Origin: Tubulanus polymorphus
Lineage: Eukaryota > Animalia > Nemertea
NCBI RefSeq assembly: GCF_964204645.1
Contig: NC_134028.1
Coordinates: 9,486,001 to 9,550,000, forward strand
Direction: 5' to 3'
Length of the DNA stretch: 64,000 bases
Program-made: the position numbers and the translations under genes
Part shown: positions 15,498 to 30,300 of the stretch, piece after piece
Numbering within the stretch: the first letter of the stretch is position 1
Layout of the letters: each line of letters opens with the position of its first letter
The notes under the pieces: generated by a model
What the model saw: the letters and a program-made list of their open reading frames with translations, nothing else
Database searches by the model: none
What the model was told of the DNA's origin: nothing

Positions 15498-15850
15498 ATG
15501 TGCACTACGTCATCATTATTTGCGTTTCTAAGTAAAATAACATTTGTGAATTTTGGTGACCGTTTGGTTATCAAGTATATTTCGACTAATTCTACATGAC
15601 TATGTCATTTTCTATTCAAAAATTCTCGTGCCTTTTTGATAATGAAATTTTAGTGGATGTGCCCCACGTCATCAACATCGGGGCTAAGACTGGTCGCCAG
15701 TCGATTCAATTCGATTGTCGATATATTCAAATTCAAATTAACTTTATTGATCCTTAAATGTTATGCTTTACTATTTATTGCCGATAATGTTAGGCGATTT
15801 TAACGCGTCATTTTTCTTCAAGGCGTCGAAAGTTAGTTTCCTCGTTACTT
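15498..15850 (+). repeat. Interspersed repeat, copy 2
   Basis: Same family and orientation as 10198-10545. Confidence 0.75.
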
Positions 15851-18800
15851 CAAATATAAGTTCTAAACCGCGTCTGTTGCATAATGTTGTGTACGGCGGC
15901 GGTGATCGTGTATCGTATCGCGCACACGAGTCGGTTCTTTTACTGAAACGTTAATTAACCTCGAGACCGAACGCAATAAATCGACGTCGCCGCGTTAACT
16001 TGAGAACAATTTCAGATCGAGAACAACAAGACTGAGAGAGAGAGAGCGCGCGGAGAGTGAAGGAATGGCTTGTTGATTTCTTCATTCAATTTACATATAG
16101 ATGGATACGGGCTGATTTATAACACCGGGAACAAGCCCGACGCTGTCACCTTCTCAGTTATAAATAACACGGTTCATATACAGCTACCATAGTTTGATGC
16201 CGTTACATATATGTAAGAAATCGAAGAAAAATTATATGTAAGAGCCGAAGAAAAATTATACTCGAGGAATTAAAACTGATCTTTCTGATGTAGAATGATG
16301 TAGTCTAGATAATATTGCTGAGTTTGTACGAGGCGATAAACCCTTGCTTAAAGAATCTGGAGTTGGGCTTCTTAACATGTATAACCCTATTGGGGAACCC
16401 ACAACACCAGCTATCTCACCAGATGGCGTGACGAACACTCGGTCATACATTGTCAAAATTCGTTCATTTTCAATGAACTTTGAGCTGAATCGATATATCA
16501 TCAGAGCACCCACCAAAATATACAATGAATTCATTTTTCTACTCATATATCGGTATAGTTTCCATTAATGATTCATTTTTTGAAATGTAGAAGAAATCGT
16601 TCGCGGAAGACCGATTAACTACTAGCGAACCTGGTGGATTCCCGCCCGCCATACGTGGAATCCTCGAAAGCCGCGTGAACCCCATTTGCTACAACAATCA
16701 AAGGCATCCGACAGAGGGCGCCAGTTGTTATCGTTTGCAATTCAGGCAACTGCCATTCGTTAAATCTACGGGGTCGCCTACAATTGATTTGAATGGTTAA
16801 TAGCATAAACGATTAGACACAAAATGTCATTTTGTCGTCTATAACACATTCATATATAGAGTAACTGTAGGTCTATTCAAAACGTGTTTTAAAGGTTTTA
16901 TACGAACCTACTAAATAACGATGACTATAGCGGCTTTAGTGAATAGAGGCACTAGACTTGCCGAGAAACGAACACAAAATCCTCGCTTGAATGATCGTAT
17001 AAGTGTACAAGTCTAATAATGGATTCGTTTTAACAAGATTTCTCAGGCTTTGCCGTTTGTTATTTTGTGTTTGGAAGCGCGTTTGTCGTATATGCAAATT
17101 CATTTCCTTTACACCTCGAAGACAAGCGTTCGGAACAAAAATCAACATTCGTGTCAACAGGCCACTTTACGAATGGGGATTGTGCCGCGACAGTGTGGTT
17201 AGAAATAACTTTTGTCGTCGAATCGGCTGTTCATATCCTCAAGCATTTCGGTTGAAATTATCATGGTGAAGTGAAGGTCAGAACATCTATAGAGTCATTT
17301 TAGAATGTATATATACCATAGATAATGAAGATGTGCACATGCATCACCACCCATGAAAATACGAATCTAAAAATTGGTGCACTTAACACGTGGTCCATTT
17401 TGAACTTGAGGTCCACTATCTCTGAGCTAAAACCACATTAGCACAATAATTCTAGCCACTGCAGAAGATAAAACACCGCGTATAAATACTAATTGCGGTT
17501 TGCGCATTTCCCAATCTGTTCGGTCGTCGTATCTAATACTTCATTTTCAAATTTAAATTTCTCTTTGATTCAATTTGAGTAACGTTAATTAGCCCGAGGC
17601 TGGGAGACTGCTCACCATCTGTCATGAACCATCCATCCACCGCGGATTGTCAAAGGTATACAATACGTTGTATCCATAGAAACAAACACAATCGTTACAA
17701 TTGCAATTGGATTTTTTACTCAAATTCACTTCCAGCAAACGGGTTTACAGGTTGCGCATCCCATTGTAATGATAAGACGACATCTTATATCCATAAAGCG
17801 TCGTGATGGGGCTGGCCTTTACCATGAATCTGATTAAGCTATTCGTGAATAAAGAAACTACTATATAAGCTGTAATCCCGAGATGCCTACAGTCAAAACA
17901 TAAACAGTTTCAGAAAAAATAAAGATATCCAAGTTCTCTAAAAACGATGCGTATCTAGCCTCGGGTTAGGGCGTTCGTGAAAGCCACGTTTCACTGATGA
18001 CGTAAACACAAATATCTCAACGGTTCGGTTAAAAAAAGAGATAAGCCCGAAAGACGATGATATACGTAATAGTTTTTTTTCTCAATGATTAGCCGGGAAA
18101 TCGGTCGATGATTGGTGCGACTGCGCGGCCATTGAGAACTTAAGCCCGGTAGCTTCGAATTACCATTTCCACAGTTGGACTTTTGACACGAAAACGCACA
18201 TCCATCCAGAATCCACAGTCCAATACATAAACCACGTATACACCGGGAGTAAATGGACTGAATTGATCTCGGCAATAAAAACGCACAGAGACAGCAGCAT
18301 AAATCACCGATGTTCATCTTAATGTCGGAGTCAAATTTTTAAGCGGGGGTTACACACAGCTATATCGCTGATTGAGATATCAGATAATCAATCTCATTTC
18401 TCATGATACACTAGATTTATCACCTGGTCATAATCTATATCCAATCCTATTATTATCCCTGGCTCTCATATTATCATCATTAATGTCATGTGACGGAGCG
18501 TATATGAACAAATGGCTGTTTTATGGGCCTAAAACGTCCCGGGTTATATGAAATCCGCTTTTAAATAATTTACCCGGCACTCAGGGCAAATTGGTTTCAC
18601 CGTCTACCAGAATTGTTGAAGTTTCCCGTGGCTTTTATTGCTGTTGTTATCAAAATTATGAACAAGGACTGCATGATGTTTCGTCAGAATCCAGGAAATG
18701 CTTTTATTCAATCAAAAAGAATTTTCGCGGTTGTCTGCGACACGCTGTGACCGTACACGAGTAGGAGTGTCCCATACTATGTAGTAAGGCTAAGCACAAA

Positions 18801-20134
18801 TGAGGGCAGTGAGGGATCCACAACCGGCTGTGGCAAATGAGGATTCCGCCGGTGGCAAGCGAGGATCTAATAGGTGGCAATGACATTTCTCAACATATTT
18901 GATTACGTCTAAAGTTCTGCAATAGATAATCACAAATCACGCTATAAACCCTTAAGATAAATCTGGGTTGTTCCTTTTATAGTATACGCCACCTGGTGGG
19001 ATAGCCGGTGGACGGGGTGCAACGATGCAATAAAGATAAATGAATTGAGCGACGGTTAGATTGAAATCATGTATCTGTCGCCCTAGCCGCATTACTACTC
19101 CACGTCAGTGCTCCACGTTACGGTAACGTAAGAAAATAATCTAAACTAAATTATCCGGCGACGATAAATTTGCGACGCTCATAAAGCCGCCATTATTGTG
19201 TTTACAGCGCACTGATCTACAGACGACCGCAGTTGTCATTACGTCATCAATCATTGTCACTAGACGATATATATTACGAATGCGCATGAAACAATGACGT
19301 CACGAAAAAAGTAAATCGCCTAGGAAACTGACAGGTTAGTAAATACAGGGAGATAGCAGTGCCTGTGCGATCCAGGGTTTTCAAAGGGGACCGGACTGCT
19401 GTTGCAAGCCATTCAGCTGTACGGCAAGACGATTATGAAAATTAGTCATTGCCATGCATTCTGAGCGTTTTTGGACCCATATAGCCAGCCATCATCGTGA
19501 CCTCCACACAGTTATCAATTGGTGTCACCAGAGGGCATTCGGGGCTCGAAAAAGAGCACCGCTCATTGTTCTTCATGCCTAAGAGAACGAAAGAACTAGT
19601 TCAAGGCGACCATACATGCACATTTCAAGGTACTACATCCTCCTCCCCCAGTGGTTTCATATGCTGGTGGTTTTTTTGGTCTGCGTCGGGATAGCTATAA
19701 TTACCCACTTCTAAAAATGATGGAACAGCGTTATGCGTACGTACGTACGTACGTACTAAACGAACCTTGTCGTGCTGTGCGATGGAAGTTTTACTATTCC
19801 TTTCGGCAATCATCTCGTTATGGCCACGAATCAGCGATGGCACTGTTCGGTGACCCGTGTTTTATGATATGGGTCACTATATGTGGCAGATGTGACTCGC
19901 GTACGAATTGCAGGTGTCTCAGAGTTATTACTACTGCGGCGCGGTATCACATGTTGAAATTATCTAGCAAGTAGACAGATGTTATTACGATTCCAATTAC
20001 GATTACTTTATATATCAAAGATTAATCCATTGAACGTCGACGTATTCGATATGTTTATGTTGGCGATGACTTGAGTTGCGCTAGAGCGTACGCAACCAAA
20101 AACTGCGTAGCAACTGGCGAATTTCAAGCCCTAA

Positions 20135-20342
20135 GGCCCGTTGCGTAGTCATGGCTTAAGGCCCCCGCACACTAGCCGAAAACTGCTTACGCAAATGGCG
20201 CAGCGCAGTTTTCGGCTCGTGTCCGGGGCCTTTAGTCTTCCCAGTCTAAGACCAACTTAGTTCTATAGCCAATTTAACTTAAGACCAGTTTTCAGATTTA
20301 AAACCACTTTTCGACCTAAGTCACGACTGTGCAACTGGCCCC
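20135..20342. mobile_element. Outer MITE interrupted by a nested PIF/Harbinger-type MITE (20159-20231)
   Basis: Outer TIRs ggcccgttgcgtagtcatggctta / taagtcacgactgtgcaactggccc. Inner TIRs aggcccccgcacactagccgaaaactgc / gcagttttcggctcgtgtccggggcct, with TTA on both sides. Confidence 0.75.
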
Positions 20343-23300
20343 CTGAAGCCAATAGTTCGAAAGCCCTGGTTCGATTCCGACCCTTAATTACATGAAATAT
20401 ATTTAACCATGGCTATAAAAGTGATAACGACAAGTTTGAGATATCTTAAATGAATACTAAGAATAATAAACTTTTATTATTTCGCGAAATCATTAAAAAC
20501 AATGTGATAGATAATTCACGTTAGAGAAATGATATCGTTATCGGTTATAATACAATTGGCGTCGGATATCTCATCGTGTGAGAGTCTCAAGATAACGACA
20601 GATCGACGACGACATAGCGTTAAAACTGTCAGCATCGATGAATGTTTCTTTTGAGAGAGAGCGAGAGAGAGAGAGTGTGTGTGTGTAGCCTGTTGCAGAC
20701 GAGTCGACGCGCAACACGTTAACGTCTTCTAGTTGTATGTGTTTTTTTATCGCGAACACACACAGCCCTACGGGAAGCGACTGATTGAACCTTCACAAAC
20801 GAAGTTACCGTTAAATACCCTTGTATCGAGACCCGCGTCGCAAATTGCCGCCGCTGTCTTCGCGTCGACGGCGAAAATTGGTCTGCTTGTGTATATTGAA
20901 TTTATGAAGGCGAGATGCAAGTTGCTTTGATGAGCTGAGCAGCGTAAGTCTGATAGAATAAATACTGACTGCGGTTGATGGGTGTTTGTTCAATGTTGAA
21001 CGAATTGCTCTTTTTACTGGTGTAATCTACTTCGCATCTCCTCAGCCTTGTCGACTACAGATGTTCTTCGGAGATCTAGGATCCTTCAACTGACGGAAGA
21101 GAGGTATACTGATTTCAGCGAGCCCGAACTGACAGCACCAGCTATATAGAGCTGTCTCCGGGGTCATAAATTATTTCTCAGCCGCTTCCACAAGTGCTGC
21201 TCGTCATTTAGAAAACTGACAATACCTCCTTCAGGCCAGGAAAGTGACCGCCTCGTTAACGGATAACTATAGAGGCTGACGCTTCCGTCGTGAAAAACAA
21301 ATATAAATCGACCCATGATGACAATCATTTAAAAATCTATCAAAATATAAAATTCTACTTATTCAACGGACTTCCCGGCAATCTAAAGCCATCCTATTTT
21401 TTCATAAAATTACGAAATTTGCCTATCTTTATATCTATAGAACCTGTGTGTGTACATGGCCTTCAGCAACGTGCGTTGACAAGCCACATCTGCTGATATT
21501 GAGTATAGCGTACAAAATTCGGACACCAACGTGCGCTGGATTTGAAGAGTCCAATAATCGATTTCGGATCAATTTTTATGTACACCATTTCTATAAGCCA
21601 GTAAACCATTATGAATGTTATTGCGTGTGACACTCACGTCCAAGTTAAAATGATTTAATAATAAAACGTCGTGCACAAATTGAATTCGGCCGAAAAATGA
21701 AAAAAGAACGTTCGCGTTGCAGTCTTCTAAATTCCAGTCGTTCCACGGGGATTTGTATGGAATCTGTGTGGCTTTAAGATAGCAAGCGAGGTTTTTAGGA
21801 CCACCCCTTTGCCAATGCTAGTAGTTTTAGTTTGGAAAGTCGGCTAAATCTTAGATAATCCACTACATATATCGGAAAGACGGCAAGGGGTAAAGGTATG
21901 TTGATAAGACTTAAACCGTGCAATCAATTCGACCGGTTTAATGTTATCCAAAGGAATACCCAGAGTCGATATACCGCGAGCTGATGAACGGTTTTCCAGA
22001 GCCAGTGGTACATTTCACTATCCAGGCTTCAAAGGACATTGGCGAGGGTGACCAATATCTGACAACTGATGTTTTGTTTAATGATTGAAAAGAGCGCCCG
22101 TATGTCATTTGTATCGGTCATTTGTATTTATACATATCATATGGTATACTAACCCTTGTTGCCAAAGGTCAATAAAGTGTACCCCCTGTTCCCGGGGCTA
22201 GAAAATGGCCTTTGTTTCCCGGGGACGGCGATTGTAAAACGTATAGAAACCAGCCAAATGACTAACATGGTCGGTATATTAGCATTATTATTGCGAATGT
22301 ATATAGAACTAAGTTTGTAAAACGCTTTGATTTATCGTTAAGTCAACACTTAATCTCATACGGGATGATTGTGTGTCGAACGATTAACTATTTGATGTTT
22401 GAGTGCTTTATAACGACACACAAAACTGGCACAAGCAATTCATAATGATTGACGTTGAGTGTCGTTGACTGGTTTTAGTCGAGGAACATATCCACGTCTC
22501 TCCCTTTTTCCTCTCTTCAAGTCGCTTGTCGTTGTCATTATTCGTGACAACACTAGTTGCGGTTTCTATATAAACGTCCTCAAATTACCCGTTACACCTC
22601 GTGTACAAATTTCATCGCTCTATAAAAAGAATAATCTATATGAATTATATCAATAAGAAGCCAACCGACTTCGAAATATATCAGAAATATGTAGGATATC
22701 TATATATGTGATTTAACTGGCAACATTGAGGAGGCGGCGTATTATAGAGTGTTTTTCATTCCAGCAAAATGAGAAAAAAAAACCGTATACACGCATTACA
22801 TTGCCGAATAACTGGTGAATAAAGAAGAATGTATCCGGACAAGTAATCCGTATGTGATAACTAGCAGGATACGCGGTGGGGTGGGGGGTGATGTGGGGAT
22901 ATATCAGCGTGACATGTCAATAATACAGCGTAGTGATACGAAAACACCAATTTCATGAATGTCCTATCAGGGGGAGACATAGGTAGCAATATGGCGGCGA
23001 ATAAAAGTTTAATCTACTCTGATGTTTTCATTTCATTTGGTTTTGATTTCGTTTTACTAAATCTAATGCCTGCTTGTAATCATTCACATTTTAAACCAAA
23101 AAAACAAAGCTTTCCCAAGGTTATTTAGACCCAAATAATTGTCACATCCCGCCAATAACCACGATGTGTCCTCCAAAAAACCTTCAACCAATTCATATAC
23201 TTATCTACATACGCCGTTCAGTATATTGAAAGGTCGCGGGGTTTCTACGATACGCTAATTACATCGGAGGACGGTTTACGTACATAAATCGTCTTAATCA

Positions 23301-26111
23301 ACCGTCATACAGCCCAGCTATACGCCTTCATAGACGCGCCAAAATGCATAAATTCACTTCAAAGCTGTATTTGCTCGTTATGGCAGTCCGCGGCGATTTA
23401 TGTCTGCAGAAACGAACGTATGCGATAAATTTCAAATTCGTTCGATAATAAAGCTATAGAAATGACGGGTTTTATATCAGCGGTTTCAGTGCGCATATTT
23501 TCTCCGGTAATTCTTCGGGCCTTTTGTTTGGCGAGATCAATTCCAACTCATTTGAGTTTTTCGAGCCCACTCGCCGAGAAATTGTCCTTACGCCACGATG
23601 CCTTCCGATTACATTTTTCGCTTACGGAGAACGCGCTGAAATGCGCGATTTTCACGTGGATTCGAGCGCATTGTCGGCCGTAAATGGAGTGAAATGGTTG
23701 AGCCAGAAACCTCCGGATTTTCACCTCACTGATAATACAAATTTACCGAATCAGTTATTGCGCATAATGCCGAGTTAATCCATTCATTGTCTGAACTAAT
23801 CTAAATGGTTCTGTGTCCTCAGATAGCAGTCGTCATAAAACATCCGCAGTTATCACTGCTCCCGCCATAAACCGTCTAAAAGACTTTCTACTTCCTCGGA
23901 AGTATATTGCGAAGAATGCGATCTATCTGGTGATTTATAAATGGCATTTGCACTTTGAGAAAAATACTAATTTCACCGAAAATGGTATAATTTCATTACT
24001 ATGGAATCATTTGACCTTCTTCTAGTACATAGAAGTATCACAATTACGACCAATGACCATTGCGCAGTTGATACCGGTTAAGGTCGATTCACCAGCATGT
24101 AACAAATCACCATCTTTGAGTAGTCTTAACCTAATCAAGGAATAAACGACTTCTGAATAACAAGTTAAAACCTACAAGTTTGATATTGACAAGTTTAATT
24201 TTGCTAACAGTTTCATTTCGGTTTCTCTGATGATAAAAATAAACTTGTCACTGTCAACCGTGGCTTTTTACTTGTGGATTTTACTTGTTGACAATATTGG
24301 TTAATCCTAAACCTGACCTTAATACCAGTCAACTTCTGAATAGAAACAATTTCAACATTAAAACAGTAAAAGCATTACGAATATCATCTTCATCCGTTGT
24401 GCATATCTCTAAGCACTTCAAGCGCTTCAGACGAAGTAATTTGTTTACATCTTATTCGATATTTCTTTCAATGAGAAAGCTGAAAGATGCACGGAACCCT
24501 GTATCAAAGTCAATCAGCAATGCACTTCAAAATACATGTGCTCCAGGCTTCAAATGACCACATCAGTACTAAGGTAAGTAGTAATGTACTAAAACGGTAT
24601 CCTGGGTGCGCAGGATGTCGCTTCTCACAGTCAGTCTAATAAGTGTTTAGTGTTTTAAGTACCGGCAGATGGAAAACATTAATCAGCACAACAACAAAAG
24701 ATCTTACCAATAGAACTCTTCATACCGACTATATTTAACTAGCTTTACGAGGAACTAATTACTATGTTAACGAGAATGAAATGTTTGGTCGTTAATCATA
24801 AACTCGATACGAAAATTGCCATGAAAACATAGCCGGAATAATTAATACACCAACGGTAACTCAACCCCGGGGCTTGTCGTGTTGATATCTATTTCGCCTG
24901 AGGTATTTTTTTTAGTATAGTTGACACGAGTGTGGTAACGAGCCGGCTTCGCGATGTGGACACGCTCCGACAATGGTCACTCGGGACAAGAAAACATCCC
25001 TATTTTATAGAAATAGAAGTGCTAGGGGGATATTTGTGAAGTTGTGAGGCGTGTATTTCAATCATATTAGAAGGCCTCGGTTACCATGTCAGAAACTGAA
25101 GAACACCTCATCATCACCGGAAACCTGCTGGCCAAAATCTCGCGGCTTAAGTCGAGTAGATGTACAATATGCTAACAAATTCATGGCTGAAATAATGAAG
25201 TAATTGTGGTTGAAAGAAAGGAGAGCTAATATATGTTTGTATTACCGGATTTAGAATCGTTGGAACCCATTGAAATGAATTGTTGACACCACTGATTTAA
25301 AATTCTAATTATCTACTCCGAGATATTTGAAGCCACACTTTATTAGCAGGTTTCATTGTAGCAGGGCAACAATAACTAACGGGTTGTGGTCACGTGGCCA
25401 GCCGGCAGACGAGGGCAACTACGTCTAACACACGCGTTGGTAATAATCGTTTGATAATCAAATAATCTCGCATTATTGTGTTAATACGTGTATACAGATC
25501 GTAATCATTGGCAATTCGATATAGAATGTATGGCTGTCTTCGTCGTTCCTGTGGAGAAAACCGGCGAGGACAAAGGACAAAACTGCGTTTGTTTACCTGA
25601 AAGCCGCGACGATGATCACCGCTATTCAATAACGGATCGATACGTATACAATCGCGCTTCCCTGGTACAATGAATGATACACTTCGCCTTTCGAAAGAAA
25701 ATCGCATCCATAGGTTTTGTTAGTAGATACAGCCCATCCTAATGTCATCATTTCACTACTTCCAGATGTATCGACTTCATACACTGTTATGGATGATGAA
25801 AAATAAATATACTTAAGATACTACTATACTGGATAATCTGAAATCTTAACCAACACCGAATTAGGTTATGAACAGCCAAAGAAAAATTTTTCAAGCGATA
25901 ATAGGGGCCTACCATAAAACACGTGAAGGCTTTGATGACAATTTTTCGCATGAAGTTATATTGTGGGACTTTTTAGTTTATCTACAGTTGACACGCACTG
26001 ATCAGAGTGTTTTATTCGACTAATAGACCAATTATCGCGTTTGGATGATTACTCGTATAGCATACACACAAATCGGTTTCGGGTTTTCGGTTCATGTCTT
26101 AAATCGCTTTT

Positions 26112-26390
26112 GGTTTGACTATTTCACATGGCTCAGGATGACCTTTAAAAATGGGGGCTTTTTCAATCGGAATTGCGTAGGGTCTAGAGGGTCCAGGGGG
26201 TTAGGATGAGGCTATAAGTAGTTAAACAGAACCGATTTCAGCAGTTCGGCTTCGTGGTTCAGTTGGTAAAGCGTTATACGCTTACACTATCCGATGTCTT
26301 AGAGGTCGAATCCCAATTTCCGTTGTAATTCTTTGGAATTTTCTAAATTTCATTTATAGGCCATCCTGAGCCATGTGAAATAGCCAGACC
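26112..26390. mobile_element. MITE with ~35-bp TIRs carrying a tRNA-like sequence
   Basis: TIRs ctatttcacatggctcaggatgacct / aggccatcctgagccatgtgaaatag. Confidence 0.7.
26248..26322 (+). pseudogene. tRNA-derived sequence (tRNA pseudogene or SINE head)
   Basis: A-box-like TGGTTCAGTTGGT and B-box-like GGTCGAATCCC at tRNA spacing. The acceptor and anticodon stems pair poorly, so it is not called a functional tRNA. Confidence 0.5.
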
Positions 26391-26996
26391 CATTTGCTTT
26401 GTGCGCTAGGCTATCCCCAGTATTGCCTAGTTATCGAGATCTTAAAGAAGTGTCCTCTTTCCGTGAATCGAGTAACCGCGTTTTTGGTTGCATATATGAG
26501 CGCGGAGCTCAACGACGAAATCGTAATGGAACTAACGCGCCGCGAAATAGTTAAGAATCTTTTATTCCATACACAAAACTGGTTCGTTCGTCGCTAAAGA
26601 ATAAAAAAAATCTCATTTTGCAGTCATCGAGTGCGTATAGCGGGCCCGAGTGGATCCCTTATAGTCTCACAATGACGAAAAAACAATAAAGCGAGCTGGA
26701 GAAAGAAAAACGGAAATTACGTACACCGAAGGGCTGTTGAACTGTTTTTGAAGAGCAGTTTAGATGACATTCTAATCCTACTTAACACCTATAATGCCGA
26801 GTTCGGCAGTGTTCATATTATGACGAAATCGGTGAAACGAAAAAAGATTTCTATATTCTGGCCTAAATGCTTGTGGCGCTAAACTTGTTCACATATTTGG
26901 TTACTTCGACCAGTTACATATTCCAAATCAGTCAATTAGTGACACAATAAAATCAAAGAATTTGTGTTGGAGACGATGCAAGGCGTGTGGTTTATA

Positions 26997-27313
26997 AGCC
27001 TCGATCACACGAAGACGATTTGGACCGGTCCAAATCGGCACGCATCAGGCCCGAGTCAAATTTGGCCTGTGCCTAATTAGACAGCGTGCACACGTAAACC
27101 ACTCATTCGATACAAAACAAAGGAAAGTGAGTCACTTCCGGAACAAGTTGCAATTCACACGCAATGTATTGGCTCGTGGTTTACTTGGACTTGGGCCTGG
27201 TGGGACTAGGTTTTTGGTCAGGCCCAATTTGGCCCACACAAAACAGTTACGGGCCCCTTTAGCATCCGCGTGAACAGTTGTTCCTTGCCAAAAATGCGTG
27301 TGTGATCGCGGCT
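26997..27313. mobile_element. MITE with GATCACAC TIRs and internal GGCCC/GGGCC motifs
   Basis: TIRs agcctcgatcacac / gtgtgatcgcggct. Related fragments at ~4590-4750 and 27320-27410. Confidence 0.65.
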
Positions 27314-30300
27314 ATAAGGTTGACGTGTGTTTCACATGTCGAACACACGGATATGATTTGGCCTGGGAAAAATTGGCACGGATTAGGCCCTTATCAAATA
27401 TGGCCCGCGCCTAGATTGTCTCTCTCTTCACGACTCTACAGCCTCAAGGCACACCCGCCCGACAGTGCACGGAATACGCAGTTGATACGGCCATAGTGAC
27501 GTCTGCACCCAACTACAATGCGTTAGTTATCGTTTTAATTGATATCCACCACGGCGCGTAGAATGTAACATTAACACGTTGTAATGACGAACGTCTGAAA
27601 TGTGACCGTTAAATGTGTGACTCAGTGACGTCGGCGGCGAGATTGCGTTTCTGGCGCCAGTCCGATAATTCTATATGTCAACCTTACTAGATGCGAGTAC
27701 GTATTACAGGGCGACCTGTTCCAAGGTCGTTAATAACGACGCCGCTGATCACATGACACATGATTGTTGTAGAGCGTTGATCTTGTCTTCGCGTGATTAC
27801 ATCCTTCACTTCATCTCCGGTTGGATTACTCAAGGCCTTCTTAATAACATATACCAGAAAACACACCGCCCTTCACACCAATCGAGGTCGAAACGTAACT
27901 ACGTCAAATTAATTTCTTGAATTCTACTATCGTCTTGCATTCGATTGAAATTTCTCTATCTTATGACTTCAGGACGATGCAGGCTTGCACGTAATCAGTC
28001 CTATAAAATGTTGAAAATGGTTCTGCTCTAATACTTAATACACGGCAGAACTGTGGCTAGCCTGCCGATTTTCTACAGGACTGCCGCTGCGGATAGAAAA
28101 AAACCTTCAGGTTCTGAGATATGAGGAAGATTAGAGAGGGCATGTCGAGCTAGTTTGTAAATATATAAATGAGCCGGTATAAACGACTGGCGGAGAAGAT
28201 CATTTGGCTTCTCCGTATATTGCTAGTCGCTCCGGTGATGCAGAAATAACTAATGACCATCCAACCAAGTAAACCGTCGAGAGTTTATACGTAGGGAGAC
28301 GAGGGAAGCGACAAGAATACAGGGAGAGATAGACGAGGGAGAGATGGATTAAGAAGGGAGAAAGGACGAGACGGAACAGGAAAAAATGAGTGGGAACCAA
28401 GCATAAACCAGTGGATCAGGGACGCCATGCCCACTTTATTTGGGCAGTGGTCTAAAATAACCATCCTCAACAAGAACTGATAAAACTGGACTAGCTGCTG
28501 GCCGAGTAAGAATGAATCGATACAATGATCAGATTGTTTCGTCAACAACGTCTTCGATCGGATCTTACCGACCTTAAATTTCTTAAAGTTATATGACAAA
28601 CCACAAAAAGAAGCTAGAGGCTTATATAAGGTATCAGACCTAAAAGTTTTGGAACAATATGGTCACACGGCCATCTTGTTTCCGATCGACCAAATTTTTC
28701 TTGTCATGATAGGCCGTAGGGGGATACACATACATACCAAATCCGTAAGAGAATTGATCAAAGCGTCTTCAATATAACCCATAAAATGTGCAGCACTTAA
28801 CTTGTACCGGTATTGATTTTGCCGAACCACAGCCCGTGAGAGGAGAACGAAAATGAGAGCTAAGAGAATGAGGAGCAGAACCTTAGTAAGGTTAGACAAA
28901 TACAGTCAATTATCCGATCGTGGTCGCGGAATCCATCCCGTATTCTCAATTCCAAGTTGAACATCTTTGTCATGACTTCAACAACGTAACCCTAAACAAA
29001 AGTGAAAATGGCACCGACGTCGTGGAATCCGTTCTTTTGTCTTGAATTCCACCGGCGGCAAGCGAGTGTACAGTTACACTATGCGGATAATTATTGAGAC
29101 CGTTTACTGACCGCGGGTCATCATTACAATAGTCCGGGTGTATCGCAATAATGAGACAATATACCAAGTTCACGTATGGCTTTAGGCAACTCGATCAAAT
29201 ATCCCCGCGCCATATATCCACCATCATATTCATCCATATACACATACACCGAGAGGTATAGCTTTTGAAGTGGTTTATTCATATGAATCAATATCTAGAT
29301 ATCGGAATGGATTTATATCGATTAATACCAGTTTGTCTGTTTAATGACCCGTTAATAAGGTACGACCCACAGGCGATGACGTAACGTGTGGATTTTGCGT
29401 CATATTTCGGACAACGGGCATTTGCGTGTGGCATTTGCTCGTTCCAGTAGACAATGAAATTGGACTGTCTATGGAGTCCGCGAACGTATCCTTTTCGGTA
29501 GAATTATCTATTTAAATGATCAACGTACGTGATCGACGAACTCCCCCATGAGGATAGCGGAGGCAATTTCAATCAGCGGGCAGGAAAATTTATCGGTTGA
29601 ATTCGACCTATAACTGGTTGCACCGAGACTCCTAGATAGAAAACGATCAACCTAGAGACGACAACGGAGACCCACTAATGGACACGCGTGGAGAACACGT
29701 CTGTGGGCTCCATATGGGAACAACCGTGGCAAACCCCCTCTAAGTATTGCTAAACGGCGGTATGGACGCCAAACTTATATCATCTGAAAGCCACGCGCCT
29801 TCTCAGTCGAAAACTGTTGGGACTTGCGTTCTAGTTTACAAGATATAAGCTGATAAAAACTTGGCTTTGCATCTGCACAGTTTGTGGCGGAAGTGACAAC
29901 ACTATTCGTTCTTCAACTACTCCGTGAACTGAGATTATTGTTATACAACCACGAATACCAATGATTGGAGCGAATGGGATAGGAATCTATGACGCAACTT
30001 ATCAGTCCCGGGCAGTGTCCACTTCATAGCAATTCATATTCAAATTCAAACGAGGCGATCAAATATAGTGCACGCACGAACTTTTCAACTGTAGGTATTC
30101 AGATTGAACTCGAGGTATAATTTCCGATGTAACCTTTAAATGGATGACCTATTTACGAGCGGATAAAGCCCCCCTGCAACTAGACGAGCTCGCCGGTATC
30201 GACTAGGCCTCACAGGGGTTCTCAACGTGAGATCTCTGTCGTGCGTTACTCTGCGATTTTCTCTGCGAAGGACCGAGCATTGTGTAACTCGATTGGTAGA

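Noticed and set aside
24060-24560. Coding-like composition on the minus strand
   Set aside because: Multiple stops and no identifiable family; possibly an ancient transposon remnant but unsupported.
26248-26322. Functional tRNA gene
   Set aside because: The acceptor and anticodon stems do not pair convincingly and the B-box deviates from GTTCRA; kept only as a tRNA-derived sequence.
28100-28900. GA-rich tract and ORFs of 66-104 aa; possible element or hammerhead-like motif
   Set aside because: No complete CUGANGA/GAAA core with stems and no recognisable protein motif; likely decayed repeat.
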